DNA of 64,000 nucleotides from Podarcis tiliguerta (Eukaryota): the NCBI GenBank assembly GCA_965153285.1, contig OZ229116.1, one strand, 5' to 3'. Shown here in pieces: positions 52,354 through 64,000 of the stretch. Positions within the stretch are counted from its first letter, which is position 1; each line of letters starts with the position of its first letter. The notes under the pieces were generated by a model. That model did not search any database. It had not been told where the DNA came from and saw only the letters and a list, made by a program, of their open reading frames with translations. Position numbers and translations under genes: made by a program.

Positions 52354-53332
52354 AGAATAGAATCATAGAATCATAGAGTTGGAAGAGACCACAAGGGCCA
52401 TCGAGTCCAACCCCCTGCCAAGCAGGAAACACCATCAGAGCACTCCTGACATATGGTTGTCAAGCCTCTGCTTAAATACCTCCAAAGAAGGAGACTCCAC
52501 CACACTCCTTGGCAGCAAATTCCACTGTCGAACAGCTCTTACTGTCAGGAAGTTCTTCCTAATGTTTAGGTGGAATCTTCTTTCTTGTAGTTTGGATCCA
52601 TTGCTCTGTGTCCGCTTCTCTGGAGCAGCAGAAAACAACCTTTCTCCCTCCTCTATGTGACATCCTTTTATATATTTGAACATGGCTATCATATCACCCC
52701 TTAACCTCCTCTTCTCCAGGCTAAACATGCCCAGCTCCCTTAGCCGTTCCTCATAAGGCATCGTTTCCAGGCCTTTGACCATTTTGGTTGCCCTCCTCTG
52801 GACACGTTCCAGTTTGTCAGTGTCCTTCTTGAACTGTGGTGCCCAGAACTGGACACAGTACTCCAGGTGAGGTCTGACCAGAGCAGAATACAGTGGCACT
52901 ATTACTTCCCTTGATCTAGATGCTATACTCCTATTGATGCAGCCCAGAATTGCATTGGCTTTTTTAGCTGCCGCGTCACACTGTTGGCTCATGTCAAGTT
53001 TGTGGTCAACCAAGACTCCTAGATCCTTTTCACATGTACTGCTCTCAAGCCAGGTGTCACCTTGTCAAATGCCTTGCTGAAATCAAGGTAGGCTACATCC
53101 AGCATTTCTTTCTAGGTGCTCACAGACTGTTTGCTTAATGATCTGCTCCAGAATCTTCCCTGGTATTGATGTCAGACTGACTGGGCGGTAATTATTTGGG
53201 TCCTCTCTTTTCCCCTTTTTGAAAATAGGGACAACATTTGCCCTCCTCCAGTCTGCCGGGACTTCACCTGTTCTCCAGGAATTCTCAAAGATGACTCAAA
53301 GATGACTGGAATTCTCAAAGATGACTTTATTG
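52354..53332 (-). mobile_element. Young 5'-truncated CR1 LINE with internal deletions
   Basis: Open 192-aa CR1 ORF2 C-terminus ([39 protein letters not shown]). (ATTCTATG)n tail; 11-bp TSD AGCCATAACTT at 52343-52353 and 53333-53343. Confidence 0.96.
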
Positions 53333-55418
53333 AGCCATAACTTTATTGATTACAGATGTAGATCGGATTTGGCTTAGACATTGGTGACTGATATTTCCAC
53401 CAGGGTTGGTCCTAGTGAGAGGATATCCTCCATTGATGCAGATCTATTGGGGAAATCCCATCAGCATGCCATTCAAGGATGTTCTGTGGCCCAACAGCCC
53501 CTGTCTGGACTTCCAGAGAGAACCCTACCCTTGGACCCCTTTAGTGGGTTACGCAGAATTTATCCTGGAATTTTGTGGGTGGGTCACCCCCTCCCAAACC
53601 TTTTGATTAAGGACTTTTATGCTCTGCAATTAGACGGGCTCTTACCACTCTTCAGGGTCTCTGAGTGAGCCATTTGTATTTAAAATCACTGACGGGCAAT
53701 CCCACCAGTCTCCGTGGCTGGCTGAGGACAGTGCTGGCCTAACCTGAATACACAGGGTTGCCTTCTCATGGCCCCCCTCCATCAATTGTGCCAGACCACA
53801 ACTGCCACCACCATCAGAGTGGTATCCATAAGTGGTATTCGCTCTCACAGAAGGTGGTCTGTTTAAAAATGTAGCCTGCATTTATTTTCTTTTTAAAAGG
53901 ACAGTATTTTTTAACTTTAACAAAAGCTTGTTTCTTAGAAACACAGTGTAGATTTTGTTATCTGTCAGAGGATTTCCAAAGTCAAATAAATATTAAGATA
54001 CCAGTAAGTTGGCGCGTGCACACACACACACACACAGCGCCCAATTTAAAGGTTATGGTTGAGGACAATACAAGCTGAAATCCTAAGAGAAAAATTTACC
54101 AATATGTTCCAACTGCTTTGGGATATTCTGAGGATACAAATAAGCTATTAAAAATTCTTTACTGGCCACTTAGTCTGGTTTATGATACCTTTGTTTTGTC
54201 ATAGCTGCACAAAGCAGCTGGAACAGACTTGGTGAATCAGGTCCTAAGAATATAATAGAGGATAATTCAGGGTTAAGGACTCCATAAACAAGCCTATTTT
54301 TCCCTAAGAAGCTTCAACAGAAGGCTCCCTCTGCTCTTTGCAAGCACAAAAGTGGTTTGCAATACAAATGCATAGAACAAAGTACATTGCTCTAGCAGAG
54401 TCTCATTTGAAGGTCAAACAACAACATATTGCAGTAGTTGAGCATGTGGTCTGCAAGAATAGCTATTGTCAGTCACATGACCCAACTTTAAGTTTCACCA
54501 TGTATTGTTCACTTTCCCCAATTATTATTTATTTTTACAAAATGCCCCCACAGAAGTTGCAGTCTGATGGCAATGTTTAGGTCCATTGCAACTATAGAGC
54601 AGATGTGAGAACCTTTGGCACGCCAGATGTTGCTGGACTACAACTCCCATCACTTCTCACCATGGTCAATAGAGGATTTACAGGATCATGTTGACTTGTT
54701 TGTAAATTATCCAAAGTATATATATATATTTGTCCTATTGAATAACAGAAAGCTGATCCAAGCATCAAACTTCACTTGCCTCCCACAACACCTTCAAAGC
54801 AACAACCCTAAATGTACATTTGGAATTTGCAGAATGCAATGCAAGTCATTGTGTGTGGGCACAGGAAAGGTAGAGGCTACTCATTCCTCTCTGGTAGTTT
54901 GTTTTTTTGGGGTTTTTTAGAAATCAGAATAACCCTTCCCCAGTTACTTTCCCCCATTGTGCCCCTGGAGTGGGACTTCTACATCCAACAAGGCCTCTCC
55001 TCCTTCTGGAGGGGAGGTGCTGTGGGCGGGAGACGATTCCCACGTCACGCAGGGGGCATTATGGCCCCTGCCCCATTCACATGGCTGGCGCACCACGCCC
55101 CCGGTTGATCACCGAACCGGGCGGCTTGGTGGGGGTGTGGTTTGCTGCTCAAGATGCAGCCGCGCCAGCCACTCTGCCCATTCTTGCCCATTAACCTTAT
55201 ACACTGTGTCCACGTGTCTTTATTCCTCCAAGCAGGGGTCTGGTCCTCGAACCACAAATGTACATTTACTTAGCAAAGCAAAGAAAAAAAGACAGGATTG
55301 GTCTTTGTGTGGCTAGATGTCACATATAGTTTTCTCCGTAGGTCAGTATTCTCTGTCTCAAAATGCCAAAAAGGTGTCTTGAGATTATCATACAAGTCAA
55401 TATGTTGCAACAATCCCC

Positions 55419-55683
55419 TATTGTTTGCTCTAGAGGGTAGGACCTGAACCAATGGATTCAAATTACGAGAAAGGAGATTCCAACTACACATTACAAAGAA
55501 CTTTCTGACAGTAAGAGCTGTTCAACAGTGGAAGGAACTACCTTGGAAGGTTGTGGATTCCCCTGCATTGGATATGTTTAAGCAGTTTGGATGGCCACCT
55601 GTCAGGGATTCTATAGGTGTGATTCCTGCATTGCAGGGGGTTGGACTAGATGACACCCCCCATCCCTTCCGATGATTCTGTGA
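55419..55683 (+). mobile_element. CR1 3' fragment
   Basis: Homologous to the reverse complement of 52360-52630 (AATGGATTCAAATTAC, AAGAACTTTCTGACAGTAAGAGCTGTT, GGGGGTTGGACTAGATG). Confidence 0.88.
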
Positions 55684-56533
55684 AATATACCTCCATAATT
55701 TTTCTAACCCTTTTAAATTATTTTATGCTAGTGACTGTTACACTATCGTGCAACAATGGCTTTCACAGATCAGGCTTGTATTATGTGAACAACTACTTCT
55801 TTTTGTTTATCTTCCAACTGCTTATCAGTTTAAATGGGTGAGCCTTTATTCCTGTGTTTTGAAACTATGAGAATATTTTTACTTGTTATAATAAAATCTA
55901 TACAAATTAATGATTTTATGAACCTCTTATATTTTGTTTTTTAAACCCTGAAGTTCTAACTATTTGTAATCAGCCCCAGGATAATTCTGGCCATTTTATA
56001 TTTCATTTTCCTCCTGTTATTTCTAAGTAGATGGAGAACACAACAGATCAGTATAATCCACATGTTGCATTGAGACAGAGTTGGCACCTGGATGCTTCAA
56101 CCTACACTGTACCCTGCAGTATTGTTAAATGCAATGCATTAGAAATAACATTCATTATACCTGGGCATGATTCATTCTTTTTCAGCGTAACTGTTTATGT
56201 ATTTTATTCCCAGTGATAAAAGGCTGTTGTGAAAATTTGTAGCAAGAGGTTTTTCACTCACTGACTGCTGAAGTTAAAAGTATCTTCAGTTCTTTTATAA
56301 TCCTCCTCTCTGGAACACAACCATTTACTAAGTAAATGGAGGTGGGAAAACTTTAATGCGTCAAACCATCTGATCATTTCAGCTGCCACTGCTAGTTTTC
56401 TTGAAAGACTGAAAAACTGCACAAATCCAGTCAATCTGTGGTGGGTGCTTGTAGATAGTGAGTTTATATTTTGTGTCATTGCTGGCTATTATTCGCCCTA
56501 GGCTGTTTTGTTTCTTACCTCTTCTGTTGTAAT

Positions 56534-56553
56534 ACTTTTCTCTGCTTAGTACA

Positions 56554-56597
<44 letters not shown>
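56534..56597. repeat. (GT)n(GA)n compound microsatellite
   Basis: Direct reading. Confidence 0.9.
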
Positions 56598-56605
<8 letters not shown>

Positions 56606-57704
56606 GGAATTACTATTATCAGTGACTACCTCTTACTGTTCTTCTCAGAGCTCCATCAATAGCCATCTACCCAAATGTGACATTTTTTATTGGTGCTCGT
56701 TCATGACACTTTGGGATGTATTTCATCCTTTTCTTTGTGTGCGCCGAGAAGCATAGTGGGGAGAATTGAATCTTGACATTTTGGAGTGAAATTGTCATGT
56801 TTTCTTTTTGAAATCCCTGTAGTTATTTCGTGAAATACTGCAGTGGATAGGGGGTTTTCCCCCCTCGTGTTGATATATAAATAGAAGGAAGATTAGTTTT
56901 GAAAGCACAATGGATTCTTAGAAAGTTCTTTTTTTTAAGTAGACTATACCTTGATGTTTGTAACAGCTTTGAAGGAGTGAAAAATCCAGAAATGAAAGGA
57001 AATGGTCTGCAGCCTACTAGCTGTATCACTGAAAGGTGCTATAATGAGAAAGAAATGAAAAGTATTGTGATAAGGAAGGTCATTTTTCTATAATTCATTT
57101 CACTTAAATCTTGATAAAAACTCCATTTGAACTTGATTGAAGGTGGTGATGAGACTGAGAAGTATGTGTCTAGGAGACATACTTGGCCTATATCTTGATT
57201 TATAATTGCAGCAAAACCAAAACACTACATTAAGAACTGTGGGATGGAAAAAGAATGATAAGCAATACATCGTGAATGCACCATGGATTCTGTACAGCAG
57301 AACTATAAAAGAATGAAAACATTATAGGAGCCTACATGTAGATCATTAGAGAAGCACTTGGGGATAGTTAGCCCATAAGACAAATGGACAGCTAGCCACC
57401 AAAAGCAGCCAGTTCCTCCCCCTTTATTCCCAGAGCTTGACCACTCTCCCATTCCTGTTCTCCCATTTTATAACCACTCTGCCCATCTTCCTGAGTGGAT
57501 CCTACATGACCTACTCCTACACTCATAAGTTTCCAGAATGGGAGAGAAAAAACAACTTTTCACCCCCATGGAAAAATAGTGTCCAGGCAGGGCAACAAGA
57601 AGACCAGTTCTTCCCAATACCTGTCTTTCCTTGAGCTTGGAAATACCTAGCAAATCAGGACACAGTTACTTACTGCAATTTGCATAAGATGGTTCGTTCT
57701 AGAG

Positions 57705-57841
57705 CAGCCTTTTTCAACCTGTGGGTCCCAGATGTTGTTGAACTACAACTCCCATCACCCCTAGCTAGCAAGGCCAGAGCTCAGGGATGATGGGAGTTGT
57801 AGTCCAACAACATCTGGGGACCCACAGGTTGAGAACCGCTG
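57705..57841. mobile_element. Palindromic hAT-type MITE
   Basis: Long inverted arms; perfect 8-bp TSD TTCTAGAG at 57697-57704 and 57842-57849. Confidence 0.92.
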
Positions 57842-58994
57842 TTCTAGAGCAACACACACAATCCATACGTTGCAACCTCTGACTCAGTCCAAGGCAGCTT
57901 TCTATATTCCTGTGCATTGCATTGGATATTTATATGTTTGTGAAACACTGGTGTTCCATCTTTCTTGATATCTCTGGGCAGTTTACGACATCATAAGGGC
58001 TTCTCTGTTTTATTAAAACGTTGGTTCTGGTAGCTGTTGCTGCAGTTGCAAAAAATCTACCTCCCAACTCTTATCTATGACATAGATATAAGGAGCTCTG
58101 AGCCCAATCCCTTCCTCTATGGTGCACACACCCCAAATTTTAGGAGCAGTCTCTGAAGTATGAAAGACTTGGAAACTCAAAATGCTGTAGTTACCTAACT
58201 TAAATTATACTATTCCAATGTATTTAAAAGTTCCACTCCGACTCTTCTACTGCAGGCATGTTCTCAGCACATTTATTTTGTAATCAAAAACTCTTCAAAA
58301 AATAGTGTGGTTGGTTGTTGTTGTTTTTTAAAAAAATGCCTGATAAAAAGTAGGTCAGGCGGCACCAGTGAGTTGAGGCTTCACATTTCACCACTATTCA
58401 AAATGGCATGCCTCCAAAAATGTATGCTAACAAAACTTCAGATAGTATCATAATTAATCTTTAACCTCATTGCAATGGGAACAATGGCAGCAGATCATCT
58501 GGCTGCAGTATTTGGTCAGAATATGGCAGAAAAGAGCCTGCTTGAGTTTTGTTTCAGGAGATTTGAAACGGACATGGAAAACTGACAGAATTAAAATGCG
58601 GCTGATACTTTGCCCCTCAGTTACAATAACAACCCTACGGACTCATCTGCCATTGCAGGACATGTTTATACTATAACATAGTAAGTTAAATTTAGCACAG
58701 AGATTATACATCCTTTTCTTAGGTGTGGTGCAGCAGGGGTGGGGAAATGAAACGAGCTTAAAACTTCAAAGCAGGCTTCTGTTCATACAGTTCTTACTTT
58801 CAAATATCGAAAACTTCATGGTTTCCTTTCTTCATGAGTAAAAAACTGAGTCTGCATTACATGGATTTGTACCTGCTGATACATCAGGTTCAGAGTACTA
58901 TAATGAACAAGTATGTTACCTTGTTTGAATGTGACGGTGGCACAACATCACTTTCCCTCATTGCGATAGGCCCAAATGCATTGATATGTAAGTA

Positions 58995-59220
58995 TAGTGG
59001 TACCTCGGGTTAAGTACTTAATTCGTTCCAGAGGTCCATACTTAACCTGAAACTGTTCTTAACCTGAAGCACTACTTTAGCTAATGGGGCCTCCTGCTGC
59101 TGCCGTGCCGCCGGAGCACGATTTCTGTTCTCATCCTGAAGCAAAGTTCTTAACCTGAAGCACTATTTCTGGGTTAGCGGAGTATGTAACCTGAAGCGTA
59201 TATAACCTGAGGTACCACTG
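58995..59220 (+). mobile_element. Tigger-like MITE, complete
   Basis: TA|TAGTGGTACCTCGGGTT ... AACCTGAGGTACCACTG|TA; near-identical to 36362-36603. Confidence 0.92.
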
Positions 59221-59837
59221 TAAATCACAACAAATAGTGCAGCACAAGCAAAATAATTCGTTGAGTCATTTCAATCAGAGTTGATAGTTTTTAGAAAGAT
59301 TCTCCCGTTTGTGACCTGCGCCCATGCGTCTCTGTACAATTTGCAAGCCTTAACTTCTATTTGTTAATTATCTGTTTTCCACTCGACACTTCCATGTAGC
59401 AGTGTTAAATGAGTGCCAAGGGGCTGATATTCCAGTTTAGGGATGAGTGATTTCAGGTAACAAAAAGATCCAAAGTACAATTAAAATAAATAAATACAGT
59501 TTGATTTTGAGAGGCTTGAACAGGCAAACGTGCATTGAAAATGTCCCCATCTAAAAGTTCAACTGCAGGACAGCAAGAGCAGCCGATTTGTATTCAGCCT
59601 CTGTGCAATTTAATAGGCCTTGTCGGGGTGCTCTGTGCAAGCTCCATTTACTTGAACGGAAATGGTGCAGTATTCTGCAGTGCCTGGTGGAGTTTCCCTA
59701 GTTATCTGCAGTGTCATAAAATTACAATTCAAAAGGTTTCCGCTAGGAGAGGTATAGTTAAAAGTCAAATGCTAGATATATTGACTGTCACATTCCTGCC
59801 TATCATGCTTCCATTACACTTCCTCCATTAGCCATAC

Positions 59838-60585
59838 TGTCAGAGCTGGCTCCGGGTCCCAGCTCACCAAGGACCAACGCTAGCCGGTAGTACAGTATCA
59901 AAGTCTTTATTGAAGAATAGTCTCCATTTACAAATCTCAGCGTCCCAGCTCTACGTCTGAGCTTTAGACCGGCGAAGCTCTATCTGGATCTCCGCCCCCT
60001 GTGCACCAGCTTAAAACTCTAATCTTACTCCACCTCCTCCTTCTCTCTCTCTTCCTCTGGGTCTTACTACCCCCCGGGGTCTCTTCCCTCCTGGACTCTT
60101 CTGACGCAGAGCTGGACCCCTCTGACTCCTCCCCCTCTCTTCGGCGTGCTTTAGGACCTGGCTCCCTACCCGGGCTGCCCACCTTGCCGCCCTCCTGTAC
60201 ATTTGAACTTGGCGCGCGCGCGCGTTTAACTTTCCTGATGACCGTTTCCTCGCTCCCTGACGAGGGTGTGGCCACTCCTGCTTCACGCTCTCCCTCTGCC
60301 TGCGCGCTCCCTGATCCCGATGCCTTGGACTCCTCCCCCCTACTGCACTCTGGGGGGGAAGCTGGTCCGGATTTCCAGCTGTTACTCTCTGAGTCCCCTC
60401 TGGCCCCTTCTTCCCGAGGTGTCCCCCTTGCCCTGACCATGGGGGCCCCTTTCTGTGAATCCTCCGAGTCACTGGAGAGACTCAGAGACCTCGGACTACT
60501 GTCGCCGCTGACATTTCCTTCCGACTCCTCCCCCTCGCTCTCCGTTTCTTCCCTCTCCTGTGACTCTGCTCCTGAACCCCTGACA
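59838..60585 (-). mobile_element. Young solo LTR (748 bp), probably Gypsy-type
   Basis: TGTCAG...CTGACA inverted termini; perfect 5-bp TSD CATAC at 59833-59837 and 60586-60590; AATAAA on the minus strand at 59906-59911; many intact CpGs. Confidence 0.88.
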
Positions 60586-61314
60586 CATACGATGCAAAAT
60601 GTCAACACACAGCAGCGCTTATTATGCAGGTATTTCAGAACAAATTGACACATCCAAAATAAATGTTGCAGCTTTCAGTTCAGAACCATTCTGCTGAAAT
60701 GTTTACCCATAGTTAACGTTCCTACATTATTGCCTATCTTTTCATCTCTGCCTGTAATGTCTGTACGTGTAAATGAATTTCATTTTGGGTGCATAATGGT
60801 TTCAGAGTGCAGCATCTCTTTGTTGGGGTTTTTCCATGTTCAGGAAACTGTTTTACTTGGAGAATAAGGTTTATGAAACATCAAAATAAGTTTTGGAAGT
60901 TTTCACAAAATAATTGCAGTATATCATGGTAAGGAAGCAACCTTTATCTGATGGCATTTAATTCACAATAGACTGTGCAAGTAAGGTTCTATTAGTGATA
61001 TATTTGGAAGTCTTAAGAAATCAAATACTAGATTGCTTTAAGACTATTAGAAAGAAACGTAGCTCTAGCAATGATGCTGAAAATTTGCATTCTGTGTGGT
61101 TAAAAAGCAGGGCATATAAAGAAGAAAATCAACAAAATTATGATGAAATAATTATTTTTAAGAAGGGAAATATTAAGAAAAACCTCCTTTACGTACCTGC
61201 TTTGTCCAGGTGAAAGTCCACTTAATGAACTTGTTTCATTTTATTTCTATGGCATTATTGCTACTCAATATTTTCTCCTCTTTATGCTTTCATGAGTCAT
61301 TAGCTACCTAATTA

Positions 61315-61545
61315 CAGTGGTACCTCGGGTTACAAACACCTCGGGTTACAAACACTTCGGGTTACAGACTCCGTTAACCCAGAAGTAGTACCTTGGGTTA
61401 AGAACTTTGCCCCAGAATGAGAAAAGAAATCACATGGCAGCGGCAGGAGGCCCCATTAGCTAAAGTGGTACCTCAGCTTAAGAACGGATTCAGGTTAAGA
61501 ATGGACCTCTGGAACAAATTAAGTTTGTAACCAGAGATACCACTA
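61315..61545 (-). mobile_element. Tigger-like MITE, opposite orientation to 36362
   Basis: TA|CAGTGGTACCTCGGGTTAC start; interior is the reverse complement of the 36362 type; right TIR decayed (AGATACCACTA). Confidence 0.88.
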
Positions 61546-62424
61546 CATTCCAAGTAGGTGAATAAAAGGGGGAAGTAATGAACATGGTTCAGGATTACTT
61601 TTAAAGAGATATATTTTATATCATTTACAGAAGTGGACAAAACCTTGTATCTAGATGTGATGACAGACTTACAATGAGATATCAACAGATATACAGCTGT
61701 TCTGCCACCACAAGATTGCTAAAGAAAAAGTCAGCTACACAAAACCCAAAAAGCATGTCAGTGATCATTGTAAGAGCAGTAAGCTTGATAGGTTTCTGCC
61801 ACATGATTATCTCCACCAATCCACTTAAGAATAGAAACTGTTGGTGTGATTTTTATAAGATTTTCTTGTCCCTAGAAAAAAATTAAACATGACCTTTTAT
61901 CAAAAAGTAGCCAAGCTGTAGCTGAATTAGGCCTAAGGGCCATGCTCAGGACAATCCCCTTAGCTGACTGAAAAAGGACACAATCTCCCTTTATAAATTA
62001 ATATGCCAAGACCACTACACTGACAGCCATAGAAGGGTTAATTTGAGAGGCTGGTTGGTTTGCCAAAGACTTTGGAATTCCCCCAAACATAAATTTGTTG
62101 CATATAACTCTTCAGTTGCATACAACTGATGCTGGGCTGATTCCTTAAGATCGCCTAATAGCAGAAAGGGTGAATGTTTACAATCAATTTTGAGAAGGTT
62201 GTTGGTTTGTTTTTAAGCTTTGGTTCCATTTAAAAAAAAAATTGTGGTTATGTTGACTTTCTGGGTTGTGCTTAATGATTGTATTATAAAACTTGGCAAC
62301 TTTAAACAGAACTGTACAGGTACTTACTTTCATTTGGTATGTATTTTTGTTTTCTACAAGTAATAATTTTATTTTTTTTAAATCCCATTAAGTCAGAAGT
62401 ATGCAAGTCACCAAATGTTGCATT

Positions 62425-62965
62425 TGGTTTGAGTATCAATAACTCAATTTTGGAGACATGGCAAAACATGGGGTTTGCTCTGTAAACTGTAGCAAAATAA
62501 TTGCAAAACTTTGGCACTGGTTTGAAGTAAATTAGACAATGTGGAAATTTGAGTGCTGTTAACTACAGTGGCATTAACTTTGAAGCCTGGTTTGATGTAT
62601 TTACTTGCTGTGTTTTGGGGGGCACTTTGAAACATGGGGTTTTCGCTGCAAAATGCTGCAAAACTTTGGCAACCATTTGGAGTGAACCAGGCGCTGCTGA
62701 GTTTCATTTTAATACCTATGATCCCAGTTTGAGCATCATTTACTCAGTTTGGGGGCACCACAAAATGTGGGGTTTTCACTGAAAATGTATGCAAAACGAT
62801 TGCAAAACATTGGCACCAGTTTTGAGTGAATAGGACACTGTTGGATTTCTGTGTATGAACTGTGAACTCTGGTTTGCTGTATCAGTTACTCAGTGTGAGA
62901 GTGCTGCAAAACATGGGCTTCATGCTGCAAAATGCCTGAAAAGCTTTGGAACTGGTTTGGAGGGA
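62425..62965. repeat. Degenerate tandem array of about four units, 130-170 bp each
   Basis: Recurring GGTTTG...ACTCAGT...AAAACATGGGG...GCAAAACTTTGGCAC...TTTG.AG.GAA blocks, with anchors at 62463, 62629, 62762 and 62908. Confidence 0.75.
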
Positions 62966-63405
62966 ATAACAAATTTCGGGGTTAATGGTTAATAAAATTG
63001 ACCACTGCATATATTTGAGCACACCCCCTTCCTTTTAATAATATTTATAGGGTATGTATGTCTCCCCCCCCCCCCCAATTTGGAGCTGGTAGAATGAGTC
63101 GAGATCTATTACAAAATGAGCCAGTTCATCTTTCATAAGTTTAGCCCGCTGTGATCACTGGGGAGAGTGTTCTTCCTTTGGGAATTGAATGTAAAACAAC
63201 TGAAACAGATTGAAGTTGGCAGTGACTAATGAAGTCTTGTGCAGGAGTCAGGAGAGTCAGTAGCTTCTCACTAGCATAGATTGAGAAGAGAGAGACACAG
63301 CAGCCTCTTTGTCAAGTCTCTATTCTTTGTGGGTGTGTCTCAAGATTGACTGAGGAGAAGGTTTGAAAATATTTCCAACTCTTTTCCTTCCTGCTGCTTA
63401 ATATT

Positions 63406-63411
<6 letters not shown>

Positions 63412-63470
<59 letters not shown>

Positions 63471-63484
63471 GCACACACACACAC
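63412..63484. repeat. (TC)n(AC)n compound microsatellite
   Basis: Direct reading. Confidence 0.95.
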
Positions 63485-63824
63485 TTCTTACAGAGCAGAT
63501 AATTTCAGGCTTCCGTGTTTAATGAGCCAGTACAGTTGCCTAGAGGTGTTCTACATAATAATAATTTTAATCAGTCGCACAAAATTTATGAAGCTAGAAT
63601 TCCAGCCCAAATTACCATAAATTAGAGCTGTAGTCCATTTGTTTTCCTGAGAGGCGCCTACACTTCCCCAATCTGTCTATATGGCCTCATTGTCACTTAA
63701 CCTTGCAAGAGAAACCATCATTGGTATAAATAATATGGACCAACTTGGAAGCTGGAATCATTTTTCAAATGGAGGCAAGCATTTTGGATATGGATTTTTG
63801 TTGTAATTTTGCACTGAGGGACTA

Positions 63825-64000
63825 CAGTGGTACCTCGGGTTACATACGCTTCAGGTTACAGACTCTGCTAACCCAGAAATAGTGCTTCAGGTTAAGAACT
63901 TTGCTTCAGGATGAGAACAGAAATCGTGCTCCGGTGGCGCGGTGGCAGCGGGAGGCCCCATTAGCTAAAGTGGTGCTTCAGGTTAAGAACAGTTTCAGGT
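63825..64000 (-). mobile_element. Tigger-like MITE running off the window end
   Basis: TA|CAGTGGTACCTCGGGTTAC start; reverse complement of the 58995-59220 type. Confidence 0.9.

Noticed and set aside
52435-53013. 192-aa ORF as a host gene
   Set aside because: It is the CR1 ORF2 C-terminus, 5'-truncated and lacking the RT core.
53390-55260. GC-richer blocks at about 53390-53800 and 54930-55250 as possible repeats
   Set aside because: Probably TE relics, but I could not define termini, TSDs or a family, so they are not listed as features.
60001-60648. 215-aa + strand ORF with a signal-peptide-like Leu-rich start
   Set aside because: It starts at GTG and is the pyrimidine-rich antisense of the LTR frame; the Leu/Ser/Pro content follows from CT richness.
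62425-62965. CRISPR-like repeat-spacer array
   Set aside because: Vertebrate intron, degenerate repeats, homologous rather than unique spacers, and no cas genes.
42149-64000. Next PTPRM exon (KLAKKRKETM...)
   Set aside because: I could not find it by eye; it presumably lies beyond the window. The exon preceding 7768 was likewise not found in 1-7767.
1-64000. Remaining 60-140 aa ORFs and window-wide TGCATG enrichment
   Set aside because: The ORFs have random-like composition, often with non-ATG starts or microsatellite content. A given hexamer is expected roughly 15 times per strand in 64 kb, so only exon-proximal TGCATG copies were noted.

Overview
Vertebrate (squamate, probably lacertid lizard, judged from Sauria-type SINEs) genomic DNA lying entirely inside a + strand receptor tyrosine phosphatase gene recognisable as PTPRM (RPTP-mu). 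Five exons can be read with canonical AG/GT boundaries and consistent phases: a 274-nt FN3 exon (7768-8041), a 37-nt exon (9073-9109), a 75-nt in-frame cassette exon (18399-18473), the 133-nt transmembrane exon (35410-35542) and a 30-nt Tyr-rich juxtamembrane microexon (42119-42148). The rest is intron, densely filled with repeats: CR1, RTE, L1-like and L2 LINE fragments, Sauria and tRNA-derived SINEs, Tc1/mariner- and hAT-type MITEs, several solo-LTR-like elements, microsatellites and one assembly gap. The most interesting observations are: (i) a young 748-bp solo LTR with a 206-codon open frame, plus two older LTR-like relics that share a CpG-decayed SPRTR...RRSxRL peptide motif; (ii) two cassette exons bracketing the TM exon; (iii) a CR1 insertion that records repeated template jumps. 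No prokaryotic system, CRISPR array or RNA gene is supported. Family assignments come from recall, not database searches.
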